From a virus (taxonomy: Duplodnaviria > Caudoviricetes), in IMG/VR virus record IMGVR_UViG_3300042923_001758, positions 1-52,623 of that record: 52,623 bases of DNA; one strand, 5' to 3'. A program made the position numbers and the translations under genes. The notes beneath the pieces were generated by a model. The model was not told where the DNA came from. It was given only the letters and a program-made list of their open reading frames with translations, and ran no database searches. Positions 1-8,629 of this stretch are shown here, piece after piece. How positions within the stretch are numbered: position 1 is the first letter of the stretch; each line of letters starts with the position of its first letter.

Positions 1-303
1 TTAGTATCTTTCTCTTGCATAGTAGAATAATTTTTCTATAATTTCTGTTATGCCGTAGCGAGCGTCTACGAATGTGATAAATTCTCCATAATTTGTATAG
101 GCTATAAATGCAGGAGTATCTGCTAAATTATCTATATAAATCCTAAAAGGCTTTTCTTCTTCTAAATATTCGAGGTATCCCCAATTGATAAGTATTTCGC
201 TTTCGCTAATATTGCTTATGCTCCAATCCCAATTTTCGTCCTTGCTGCTTAATTCCTTAATAATTTCCTCAACCTCTGACTTATACTCCATTAAATTAAA
301 CAT
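1..303 (-). CDS. Small acidic hypothetical protein downstream of ardA-like gene
   Basis: 100 aa ORF with GGAGG-like RBS; Glu/Asp and aromatic rich; no recognised family. Confidence 0.7.
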   Translation of the reverse strand: MFNLMEYKSEVEEIIKELSSKDENWDWSISNISESEILINWGYLEYLEEEKPFRIYIDNLADTPAFIAYTNYGEFITFVDARYGITEIIEKLFYYARERY

Positions 304-410
304 CTTCTAGCCCTCCGTGTTGTTCTTTTTGTGTAATCCTGTGACTTATTATATAGGTTATCAAAATGTTTTAGTATGGCGAGAGGCTTTCGCCCCTTCG
401 CCTATCCCCG

Positions 411-896
411 TTATCTAGGGAAATTTATTATTACTTTATCAGCTAACTCTATAAAGTTTACACCGTCGCACTCCATATCGTTTAAGTATCTGCTGTAATC
501 GAAATATCTTACAATATCGTCAGGGATAGTATCAAAGAAACAAGTTTCGTCTAAGTAGATAGAAACCGCATCCTCTTTATCTAGGTTGGTACCGTGTACC
601 ATATAGATCATATCATTAGATACCATTTCGATTGCTTCCTCTAGTGAGTACCCGCCTTGTTTAGCGATCTGGAGGACTAACTCGCTTTCGTATTCGTCGA
701 GCTCCTCGATTTTCTCGATAGCCTCTCGGATTTGGTATATGTAGCTGAATTTAATTTCTTCATAGTCAACCACGAGTATTTCGTCGTCTGCGTTCTTTTG
801 AATTTCTTCAATCGCGCTATCTAAATCCTCAGTACTTCCGATAGTGAACCATTTAAAATCATACTTTGAGATATTTTCTAAACATACATTAAACAT
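411..896 (-). CDS. ardA: ArdA-like antirestriction protein (DNA mimic)
   Basis: Very acidic 161 aa; C-terminal 'IPDDIVRYFDYSRYLNDMECDG' matches the ArdA-type 'IP..L..YFDYE.Y.RDL...G' signature. Confidence 0.75.
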   Translation of the reverse strand: MFNVCLENISKYDFKWFTIGSTEDLDSAIEEIQKNADDEILVVDYEEIKFSYIYQIREAIEKIEELDEYESELVLQIAKQGGYSLEEAIEMVSNDMIYMVHGTNLDKEDAVSIYLDETCFFDTIPDDIVRYFDYSRYLNDMECDGVNFIELADKVIINFPR

Positions 897-944
897 TTTG
901 ATAACCTCCGTAGTTGTGTAGTTTTATGTCGTCCTTACTCTTTT

Positions 945-981
945 ATTATATACCGATATCCGTAATACTTCAATACGTATT
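945..981 (-). promoter_or_regulatory. sigmaA promoter of ardA (TTGAAG-17-TATAAT) overlapped by two tandem 18-bp operators
   Basis: Minus strand TTGAAG TATTACGGATATCGGTA TATAAT; operators TATACCGATATCCGTAAT (949-966) and AATACTTCAATACGTATT (964-981). Confidence 0.7.
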
Positions 982-1060
982 AACAATATTTTTACAGTAA
1001 GTATTGGTATAATAAACACCCGTATAAAATATTATTAATCTTGCTTCTAATATCTTCTTA

Positions 1061-1534
1061 TCAAATAACACCTATGCGAATGAACTCAAGGAGCTTATTC
1101 CCTAGCGCTCTTGACATTCCTTTATTAAATACACATCTTACTATAGTTATCTCGTTAATTGTATCGTCATCAAAATGTTTAATACCGTCCCACGATAATT
1201 TAAAGATATTCTGTGCCTCTATCTCAATTTCGTTGTTTACTACAGCAATTCCGAACGTTCCGTGCTCCCGATATCTGACGAGAGGTACCGCATAAAACGG
1301 GTCTTGACCACTTTTTGCATTGCGATTCTCGTTCTTTGTTAGCGGGATAACTTTTATTTTATCTGCTCTCCCTACTTCTTCATATTCTCCAACTACCATA
1401 GCAGGACGTATCCCCTTAATATTCCATACATTCGTATCGTATGCCCCGAGGTCTACGCCGATAATATCTCCATGACTTATTTTGATTTGTTCCTTTTTTA
1501 ACCTATCAAATATAGTTACTATATCCATTCTCAT
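1061..1534 (-). CDS. PemK/MazF-like endoribonuclease-fold protein, no adjacent antitoxin
   Basis: 'GDIIGVDLG...KGIRPAMVV...KVIPLT' follows the MazF pattern GD(I/V)xxVxL...RPxxVV...VxP(L/I)T. Confidence 0.6.
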   Translation of the reverse strand: MRMDIVTIFDRLKKEQIKISHGDIIGVDLGAYDTNVWNIKGIRPAMVVGEYEEVGRADKIKVIPLTKNENRNAKSGQDPFYAVPLVRYREHGTFGIAVVNNEIEIEAQNIFKLSWDGIKHFDDDTINEITIVRCVFNKGMSRALGNKLLEFIRIGVI

Positions 1535-1564
1535 TTTATAAGCGTCTCCTCAAGTCTGTTTTTG

Positions 1565-1595
1565 AGTATTTAGTAAAATAAACTTGATTTGTTAC
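1565..1595 (-). promoter_or_regulatory. Phage-specific promoter copy 1 (GTAAC-N15-TACTAAATA)
   Basis: Minus strand GTAACAAATCAAGTTTATTTTACTAAATACT, just after a terminator and just upstream of the MazF-like gene. Confidence 0.75.
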
Positions 1596-1628
1596 GTAGA
1601 AAAAGCGTCCCTAAATGGAACGCCATGT

Positions 1629-2021
1629 TTATTCGTCTATCTGTCTTGTTTTAGTTTTATGAGTCGAGCCCATATTATGAGTATATTTTAAAGAAAAAAA
1701 TTCTATTTTATCAGCCGGGAGCGGTGTCTCGTGTTTATCCCTAAATCTTATTTGAGTAGTGGACAGTACAGGGTATTCTTTCTTTTTTGATTTGAGTCTG
1801 TCTTTATCTCTAAAGTCGTCACCTAGAATAATATTAGATAGCCTAGTGAGTACGTAAGATTTTGGATATTCTCCTACTGCCTCAAAATACTCCTCTAAAA
1901 GCATATTGATAATCTTATTAAGATCAGCTATAGATATGCCGCGGTTATTCTCTAGGCTTTCTATAATAGTGTCTAGTTTTTCATTAATTGCTTGATAATC
2001 CAGCCCGATAAATCTGTTCAT
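1629..2021 (-). CDS. Hypothetical phage protein, partner of sigma-region-4 protein
   Basis: 130 aa ORF with RBS, 12 bp downstream of 2034..2336. Confidence 0.7.
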   Translation of the reverse strand: MNRFIGLDYQAINEKLDTIIESLENNRGISIADLNKIINMLLEEYFEAVGEYPKSYVLTRLSNIILGDDFRDKDRLKSKKKEYPVLSTTQIRFRDKHETPLPADKIEFFSLKYTHNMGSTHKTKTRQIDE

Positions 2022-2033
2022 TATATACCCCTC

Positions 2034-2336
2034 CTATAGTTGTCTGCTAATGTTGTCCTCTATCTTTTTATCAATGTTAGATAGCTGAAAACTTACCCCC
2101 TGCTGCGTAATATTAAGCGCGTTTGCTACCTCTGTCTGCGTATAGCCTTTTAGATAATATAGGTCTAAAATGCCTGTCTGTCTGCCCGAAAAACCGCACT
2201 CGTTTATAAATTTATCTAAATCGAGGAGTATATCCGCTATACCCGAGAAATTACAGCTATTTATCATAACCGCTTTAAGTTTTTCGTAGCTCATTAATAA
2301 GGATTTAACACGCTCTACTGTATTCATTTTATGCAT
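2034..2336 (-). CDS. Sigma70 region-4-like HTH protein (candidate late regulator)
   Basis: 'FSGRQTGILDLYYLKGYTQTEVANALNITQQGVS' is a sigma-r4 HTH; no region 2. Confidence 0.75.
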   Translation of the reverse strand: MHKMNTVERVKSLLMSYEKLKAVMINSCNFSGIADILLDLDKFINECGFSGRQTGILDLYYLKGYTQTEVANALNITQQGVSFQLSNIDKKIEDNISRQL

Positions 2337-2880
2337 GATAATTTGCCTCCGCTCTGACGAGATATAAAACGCTTTCTATCTTTTGATAAAGCTCCTCTAA
2401 TGTGCCATTATTCGAAATTTGATAATCATAGAGCATGGCCTCCGCTTGCTCTTCGGTCTCGTGCTCTAAGTCCGCAGGATTAAAAATGTCCCCGTTCTCT
2501 ACTATTCTTTTAATCTGATCTTCACGGGTAACAGCTACTTTTACCACAATATAGCCATTATCTTTTAAATAAGTATACTCATTGAGTTGTCTTGTATCGG
2601 TAATAATAACATTTCCATATTGATTTTCTTTAAGATAATCGCTTATACTGCGGTCTGTGTAGTTAATCCATACGTTCGGCTCAAAGCTCCTGAAATATTG
2701 GCCTATTCCTTGATACATAGCCCGAGGTTTTCCCTCTGCTACTTTCTCAGGGAAATACTCATTTAAAATATTTCTGATACCCTCAGCAAAAGCAAAACGT
2801 CTAAATCCATAGTTTTCAATTAAATAATTACCAACCGTATCTTTACCACTCCTCATTTTTCCAACTAGTGCAATTTTCAT
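2329..2880 (-). CDS. Deoxynucleoside monophosphate kinase / DPCK-like P-loop kinase
   Basis: N-terminal 'GKMRSGKDT', 'ITDTR..NE', 'HETE', 'NNGTLEELY'. Confidence 0.85.
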   Translation of the reverse strand: MKIALVGKMRSGKDTVGNYLIENYGFRRFAFAEGIRNILNEYFPEKVAEGKPRAMYQGIGQYFRSFEPNVWINYTDRSISDYLKENQYGNVIITDTRQLNEYTYLKDNGYIVVKVAVTREDQIKRIVENGDIFNPADLEHETEEQAEAMLYDYQISNNGTLEELYQKIESVLYLVRAEANYHA

Positions 2881-2938
2881 CTTGAAACCTCCTAAACACT
2901 TGATTTTATGGGGCTTTGAGGTTTTCTCTCACTCCCTC

Positions 2939-2972
2939 AAGTAATTAGTAAAAAAAGTTGACTTTGTTACAT
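2939..2972 (-). promoter_or_regulatory. Phage-specific promoter copy 2, overlapping the divergent repressor promoter
   Basis: Minus strand ATGTAACAAAGTCAACTTTTTTTACTAATTACTT (15-nt spacer). Confidence 0.75.
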
Positions 2973-3003
2973 GGGCTATGTACAATATACTTATAAGCGT
3001 AAT
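2958..3003 (+). promoter_or_regulatory. sigmaA promoter of XRE repressor (TTGACT-17-TACAAT) with operator at the start site
   Basis: TTGACT 2958-2963, TACAAT 2981-2986, operator TATACTTATAAGCGTAAT 2986-3003. Confidence 0.75.
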
Positions 3004-3045
3004 TCGTTTCAAAGAATTACTACAAACTAACACGGAGGACACATA

Positions 3046-3468
3046 ATGGGCGAAATTGAAATATATAAAAAAGAAGATGGTTATAAGGGGTTGGTTCTTT
3101 CAGCATTAAGCGATGGCGGTAGACGTGTTTTAGACATGGCTACGGAAATAAGAATTACATGCAATTTGGACGAGCACCTTAAAGCGCTAGGTCTTACTCA
3201 AGCTGAACTCGCGCAGATAACAGGCATGAGGCAAGCGACCATCTCAGAGCTGGTTACTAAACGTAAAGCAAATGTTTCTATAGCTCATATGCTCGTTTTA
3301 ATGCTTATTCTCAAAATACCTAAATTCTCAGATATGTTCGAGATGACTTTCGACGAAGAAACAGTAGAACAAATGGCTAAAGATCGTAAGGCATGGGAGA
3401 AAAGCAAAAAGATACCCGAAGAAATGGCTGACCTTATGGTGGAAAATGTATTACGTAAAGTTAGATAA
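3046..3468 (+). CDS. XRE/Cro-C1 HTH regulator, probable prophage repressor
   Basis: 'LGLTQAELAQITGMRQATISELV' HTH; lone plus-strand gene in the early region with a sigmaA promoter and an operator. Confidence 0.8.
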   Translation: MGEIEIYKKEDGYKGLVLSALSDGGRRVLDMATEIRITCNLDEHLKALGLTQAELAQITGMRQATISELVTKRKANVSIAHMLVLMLILKIPKFSDMFEMTFDEETVEQMAKDRKAWEKSKKIPEEMADLMVENVLRKVR

Positions 3469-3500
3469 AAAATACCCGCTGATTAGGCGGGCTTTTCTTT
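3467..3500. terminator. Bidirectional intrinsic terminator
   Basis: A-run, CCCGCT GATT AGGCGGG hairpin, T-run, between convergent genes. Confidence 0.7.
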
Positions 3501-4051
3501 TATATACAATGACACTCTTCACAAGGAGTCTCACAGTCACAAGGGACGAACTCCTTTTCTGTGAGCGTCATTTCAGCGATTAATATATTATTATTGAAAT
3601 ATCTTAAAAGTTGCTTGCTCTCCTCTGATTTAATCGCATATCTTACACCCTTAATATCTCCGCCCGATACCGCGTCAATCTCGGTGATCTCGTCATCAGC
3701 ATATTCTGACGAGATAGGTTCCGTAGGTAGTTCTATCTCCTCACCCTTTGCGAGCTTATGATAAACTTCGTCATAAAACGGCTGATCCTCGTTATCCTGC
3801 GCCCTTTCGATAGTGCCGTCCTCATTAGCGCTTACTACAACAATAAAAGGCTCAATATTTCCGTTATGCTCTACCGTCATGCGAACGGGTTCGCTGTATC
3901 CCTCAACCATAAAAGCCGTTTCAAATATGACTTGACTCAATTTTATGCTGCCTGTTCTTTGCCCCATCTTATTAAGTGTATCTATTAAAATGCTCTCAAT
4001 TATTTTACTGATTCCCTCTATTTTAATCTCACCGTTAATCTGTATTCTCAT
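3500..4051 (-). CDS. Acidic hypothetical protein with Cys-rich C-terminus
   Basis: 183 aa; ends CDCETPCEECHCI. Confidence 0.7.
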   Translation of the reverse strand: MRIQINGEIKIEGISKIIESILIDTLNKMGQRTGSIKLSQVIFETAFMVEGYSEPVRMTVEHNGNIEPFIVVVSANEDGTIERAQDNEDQPFYDEVYHKLAKGEEIELPTEPISSEYADDEITEIDAVSGGDIKGVRYAIKSEESKQLLRYFNNNILIAEMTLTEKEFVPCDCETPCEECHCI

Positions 4052-4056
4052 TATGA

Positions 4057-4332
4057 CTACCTCCGTCTATTGTTGGTGTTTTTATACTTGCATTTTCTTG
4101 ATTGCTTTCTAAAGGAGCTAAACTCCTCGGGAGTTGTAATCCTACGCATAGCCTCTATAAAATAAGGCTCATAGGGTATGACCTTTTGATAGTATAGTTT
4201 GATCATCAGCCGAGTGCCGTCCATATGCTTAAAATGTGAATGATACGTATAGGGTTTATTTTTACGGACTAAAGTAAAACCTCTGCCTTGAAGTATTCTG
4301 AATTCCCCATCCTCGAAAATACTTGAGCTCAT
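4057..4332 (-). CDS. Basic hypothetical phage protein
   Basis: 91 aa ORF in operon with RBS. Confidence 0.65.
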   Translation of the reverse strand: MSSSIFEDGEFRILQGRGFTLVRKNKPYTYHSHFKHMDGTRLMIKLYYQKVIPYEPYFIEAMRRITTPEEFSSFRKQSRKCKYKNTNNRRR

Positions 4333-4356
4333 AGCTCCGCCCCCTCTATAGAGTTT

Positions 4357-5028
4357 TTATATTATCTCTTTTTTAAGTGGTCTTATTCCGCAGGATTTCG
4401 CCTCGTCGCAGTATCCGAGGCTTACGCATTTAGGGGTCATATGATAAGCGATATAATCCCATCCTTGACCATCCTCCCTATTATCAAGCTCACTAAGCGC
4501 CTGTTTAATGTCTTTTATTAACTGTCTGACCTCATGATAAGCTCTTGAGCATAGTCTTAAATGTGCTAAATGTATAAGCGCTCTAGCGTTAATCTTAAAT
4601 GCGATTTTTGTAGTATGACCGAGCGGTAATATATTCGCTGTATCCTCTTGAGGAATATCGAGAGCAGCAAGTATTTTATAGGTCTCCTTGACCTGCTCCA
4701 TAAGCTCGGTATAAGCCTTTAATGCCTCGGAATTATTCGAGATTTTAGGCGGTATAAAATAGTCCATATTTTCATAATTGATATATCTTGTAGAGGCTTG
4801 CAGCCTACTTGTTCCGATAATATGAGTATAAATCTCACGGATAGCCCGAGCGGAGTATCCGTCAAGCTCTAACACAACGTCTACGAACTCAAAAGTCCTC
4901 GTATGGTTAGCCATTAGACAATGTTTAGCGATCCCCGCCGACGGTTCCGAGTCCCAACAAATAGCTGCTACCTCTCCGACTAACTCTAAAGGGTTCTTTG
5001 TATAGTCTAAAATTCTTACTCTACCCAT
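4357..5028 (-). CDS. thyX: FAD-dependent thymidylate synthase
   Basis: 'H.RTFEF', 'SRLQASTRY', 'NARAL', 'RLCSRAYHEVR' ThyX motifs; the RHR motif is replaced by THI. Confidence 0.9.
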   Translation of the reverse strand: MGRVRILDYTKNPLELVGEVAAICWDSEPSAGIAKHCLMANHTRTFEFVDVVLELDGYSARAIREIYTHIIGTSRLQASTRYINYENMDYFIPPKISNNSEALKAYTELMEQVKETYKILAALDIPQEDTANILPLGHTTKIAFKINARALIHLAHLRLCSRAYHEVRQLIKDIKQALSELDNREDGQGWDYIAYHMTPKCVSLGYCDEAKSCGIRPLKKEII

Positions 5029-5497
5029 TAATCACGTCCTCCTTTTCGTTGCTTGAGCCAAAACCGCCCGATCTATGCTTGTGGATAACGGAGTCATTGT
5101 CAGCCGTAAGGTATTTCACAAATATGCCCTGCACTATTCGCTCGCCCTCCTGTATAACTACCATCCTGTCGCTCGTATTGCATAGCGCTATTCCGATATT
5201 GCCGTCGTTGTCCTCATTTCCATAGTAAGAGGAGTCAATTACTCCGACTTGATTTACGAGCTTTAATCCTTTTTTAGTCGCGATCGAGCTTCTAACGTAT
5301 AGATTTAAAACCTCGTCGCGCAGCATATAGGCTTTTATATTAGTCCATATAATCACTGTTTGATTTGGTTTAAAAAGTACGTCTATAGGAGAATAAAAAT
5401 CGTAACCCGCGCTCCTGTCGTCTGCTCTTTTTGGGAGCATTCCGTCTTTCTCGTAATGTAAAGCCTCAATAGTAACGTGTTTAAATCCTCTTTTCAT
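5021..5497 (-). CDS. dut: Trimeric dUTPase
   Basis: 'SAGYDF', 'RSS', 'GVIDSSYY', 'GERIVQG', 'RSGGFGSS'. Confidence 0.95.
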   Translation of the reverse strand: MKRGFKHVTIEALHYEKDGMLPKRADDRSAGYDFYSPIDVLFKPNQTVIIWTNIKAYMLRDEVLNLYVRSSIATKKGLKLVNQVGVIDSSYYGNEDNDGNIGIALCNTSDRMVVIQEGERIVQGIFVKYLTADNDSVIHKHRSGGFGSSNEKEDVING

Positions 5498-5539
5498 GTT
5501 GTGCCTCCTAAAATGTTTTTGTTTGGAGCAGTCTCGCTC

Positions 5540-5572
5540 AAGTATTTAGTAAAGTTTTTAGGAGTTGTTACA
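5540..5572 (-). promoter_or_regulatory. Phage-specific promoter copy 3 (dut-thyX operon)
   Basis: Minus strand TGTAACAACTCCTAAAAACTTTACTAAATACTT. Confidence 0.75.
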
Positions 5573-5605
5573 CGTAAAATAAAAAAAGAGAGGAATAAAT
5601 CCCCT

Positions 5606-7648
5606 CTATCTAATAGGACACGCTCCGCCGGCACATTCTGACGTTTCAAGTTCGTGTTCCTCTCCATGCTCATATTTAGTTAAAAGACTCGCATTAAAAG
5701 ATACCATGCTGTTAATTCTATCTTTGTACTCCTCTTTTGATATTGTCTCATAAGGTAATAGAGGATAATAACTATCCTCAAGAGATAAGAAAGTAATACC
5801 GATTACGCTATCCCAATTTTGATATACCCATGCCTCCACGTCCTCCCATTCATTAGCTCTAACTGATACTGTGATACTGGCGTTATGATCTACGTAGCAC
5901 TCCATAAACATTTTATAAATTTCTAGTTGCTCGATAGCTGATACGTCGTATTTAGTTTTACCGTCAGGAGCTTTAACAGGGAACTCGATAACTAGCGTCG
6001 TCGCAGTCTCTATCGTCTGCCCGTTCTCGGGATGAACTGGATAGCCAAGCTCTTTACATACTTTTACTAGTGCGTCGTCTGCGTTTATTCTGATACGGCG
6101 AACATAATAAGGCGCATGACTAAAATGTAGCCCGCTTGATACTGTGGGGAGTAGCGAGAGAGTTCCCTCGGGTTTTATGGTTGTAATAAGCAGCGATTTA
6201 TTTAATCCTAACTCCTCCGCTATCCTATCCGCTGACAATCTCGCCACGTCTCGAAGCTCACGTAGCAGAGCTCTTTGTTCTTTGTTAGATAATCCGAGAG
6301 CATTAATCCCGTCTTGATAGCCTGTTAAAGATACCCCTAGCAGTCTGTCTCTTTTTAGCTGCTTATCCCATTCGGGAAGCTCAAGCTCTACAAGAGTCAT
6401 CCTATAGGACGCTCTCGCATTAAGATATTGAGCATTTAAAAGCTTCTTTCTGTCGAGTTCTCCATCCTTAACGAATGCCATAAGGTTAAGCGTTACAAGA
6501 TTACAAGTTTGTCTATCATCAAGAAGCACCTCTCCACATGGGTTCGTACCTTTAAAATTAGGATTCCTACGTTCTGCCTCACGACCATTATAAAAAGCAG
6601 GCTCACCGCTAAACCTCATTTGCTCAAACTGCCAAGACCAAAATTTACGTTTAGGCTTTTCAAAATGAATAATAGTATTGTTAGATAGTGTCCTATGGAT
6701 AATATCAAGATTAGGAACCCAATTCCCCATGGAGTCCTGCGAGTAAAGGCCATTTTTTGCTTTTATACATTCCTCGTCATTAGCGTCAATTAACCCGATT
6801 TCTGCGGAGCGTCTAACGCCTCCCACTACGACATTCTCTGCGATAATATTCGCAAAATCTAGCATATCTATAGCTCGTACTTTTCCGTAATCTTCCCTCC
6901 CGAGTCTTGTTTTTAATACCTTATCAAACTTTAAAAACATATTTTTTAAGCTATCGTGTCCCGACGCTGTCCCTCCGAACCGCGCTAATCTTTCACCTCT
7001 AGGTCTAACGCTATCGTAGTCTATAACAATCTCTAAAACATGTCTGTATTCTGATCTTGTAATAATGTCAAAGAATAATTTTAGAGCTTGAGTCCATCCC
7101 TCTTTAGAGTCCCCTACATGAATAATTGCTTGAGCGTTTTTGTGCGTAAATGTAAGCGCTGTCGCCTCTAATCTTTCCGATTTTTGTTTTGCGCTGTATG
7201 CTTTATGAGTGAGCACTACATATCTAATTTTAGGGAGATATTTTACGTCCTTCTCAAGAGCCCTAAATCCTGCGCCTGTTCCTACCATGAGCGCATAGAA
7301 TAACTCTTTTAATTTATCGAATGAGTCTAGGACTACTAAACTACAGTTGAAGTTTGCAAGTGCATGGTCGTTGACCGCAGGCGTTCCGCCTATCCAAAAA
7401 GTACGACCGCTTAAGAATGTACGTAGATTGTATATATTATCGAAAAGCTCCTCTGCCTCGGATATCGTTGTGTTTGGATCTAAACTGCAATTATATTCAA
7501 CCGCTCTTTGTACAGTCTCAAGCCATGTTTCGCGTCTACCTTTTTCTGCCAACCATCTGCTATAAGTACGATAATACACAAAGCTACCGAGCGGAGCCAT
7601 AACCTCACTATTTTTGTATCTGCTTAAAAATTCCTTTGTAAGTAACAT
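5606..7648 (-). CDS. nrdJ: Class II (adenosylcobalamin-dependent) monomeric ribonucleotide reductase
   Basis: 'RTYSR', 'NFNCS', 'VVVGGVRRSA', 'GTNPCGE', 'TIKPEGT', C-terminal 'CAGGACPIR'. Confidence 0.92.
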   Translation of the reverse strand: MLLTKEFLSRYKNSEVMAPLGSFVYYRTYSRWLAEKGRRETWLETVQRAVEYNCSLDPNTTISEAEELFDNIYNLRTFLSGRTFWIGGTPAVNDHALANFNCSLVVLDSFDKLKELFYALMVGTGAGFRALEKDVKYLPKIRYVVLTHKAYSAKQKSERLEATALTFTHKNAQAIIHVGDSKEGWTQALKLFFDIITRSEYRHVLEIVIDYDSVRPRGERLARFGGTASGHDSLKNMFLKFDKVLKTRLGREDYGKVRAIDMLDFANIIAENVVVGGVRRSAEIGLIDANDEECIKAKNGLYSQDSMGNWVPNLDIIHRTLSNNTIIHFEKPKRKFWSWQFEQMRFSGEPAFYNGREAERRNPNFKGTNPCGEVLLDDRQTCNLVTLNLMAFVKDGELDRKKLLNAQYLNARASYRMTLVELELPEWDKQLKRDRLLGVSLTGYQDGINALGLSNKEQRALLRELRDVARLSADRIAEELGLNKSLLITTIKPEGTLSLLPTVSSGLHFSHAPYYVRRIRINADDALVKVCKELGYPVHPENGQTIETATTLVIEFPVKAPDGKTKYDVSAIEQLEIYKMFMECYVDHNASITVSVRANEWEDVEAWVYQNWDSVIGITFLSLEDSYYPLLPYETISKEEYKDRINSMVSFNASLLTKYEHGEEHELETSECAGGACPIR

Positions 7649-7690
7649 TGACTTACCTCCTGTGTGTTTAAGTCTGAGACATTAGCCTCA

Positions 7691-7722
7691 CTTATTTAGT
7701 AAAAAAACTGGAGGTTGTTACA
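7691..7722 (-). promoter_or_regulatory. Phage-specific promoter copy 4 (nrdJ)
   Basis: Minus strand TGTAACAACCTCCAGTTTTTTTACTAAATAAG. Confidence 0.75.
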
Positions 7723-7833
7723 CAAAAAATTATTTTTTTGCAGTGAATAAGTATCTGCTTGTTTATGGATAGGCTAAAAAAAGTAATTGTAGAAAGGGTA
7801 TACTACTTTGATAGGCTTCCTAATAAAACTTTC

Positions 7834-7884
7834 TATATAAAAAGCGAGAGTTTTTATGCTCCCGCTTTTTATACTACTTTTTTT
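7834..7884. terminator. Bidirectional intrinsic terminator
   Basis: TATAAAAAGCGAGAG...CTCCCGCTTTTTATA inverted repeat with A/T runs. Confidence 0.7.
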
Positions 7885-8092
7885 TATCACACTCTTTTAC
7901 GTGAAATAAACAATGCCTAGCTATAGCGGCGTTTTGTAATCGTTACCATAATCATGTGCTCCTCTGAAGGGGATAAATCACGCCAGTTACCGTGTGTCTA
8001 TTATGAAGATATAGTTTTCAAATGCAAAAAACAATGGCATATGTTAGTAATAAACTTGAGATATATTGAAAAGTATAGTGCTTATTAAACTA

Positions 8093-8629
8093 TCAATTTT
8101 CAAGTAGGAATTCTAATGTATTAAGTGTATCAATCCCAGCTATTCTAGCGCGAAAATATTCATCTAACAATCTAATTCGCAGTATATTAGGAGAAGTAGT
8201 CGTTAACACACTTAAAGAATATAAGCCATTTTTAACAAGATTCAGAGAGTTTAAAAGAAGTAACACCTGTACATTTTGATCACCAATAAGTGCAACTGTT
8301 CCCAGATAATCCGAAATATTTGAATTAAGTTCTTCTATTCTCCTATTAATAACTCCAATAGTATTTCTAAGCCTTTGTTCAAATTCAGGAGGATTAACTT
8401 GAGCAAATTGTGCTATATCGTATACTTGGCTCTGTATTGTTCTTATTTCATTAATGAATTGCCGAATAATTCTTGTATGTTCAGCAGGAGTGGGATAAAC
8501 AGGATCAGTAGGTTCAGCTACTTGGGGAGTTATTGGTGGAGAAGTGGCACTTATTGGCACTGAACCAAATATCACGGCAGTAGATAAAATAATAGATACT
8601 AATGTTTTGGATTTAACTAGATATTTCAT
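8093..8629 (-). CDS. Secreted hypothetical protein (AT-rich moron)
   Basis: Start at 8629 after GAGGTG; signal-like 'MKYLVKSKTLVSIILSTAVIFGSVPISA', Pro/Thr linker, helical domain. Confidence 0.7.
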   Translation of the reverse strand: MKYLVKSKTLVSIILSTAVIFGSVPISATSPPITPQVAEPTDPVYPTPAEHTRIIRQFINEIRTIQSQVYDIAQFAQVNPPEFEQRLRNTIGVINRRIEELNSNISDYLGTVALIGDQNVQVLLLLNSLNLVKNGLYSLSVLTTTSPNILRIRLLDEYFRARIAGIDTLNTLEFLLEN

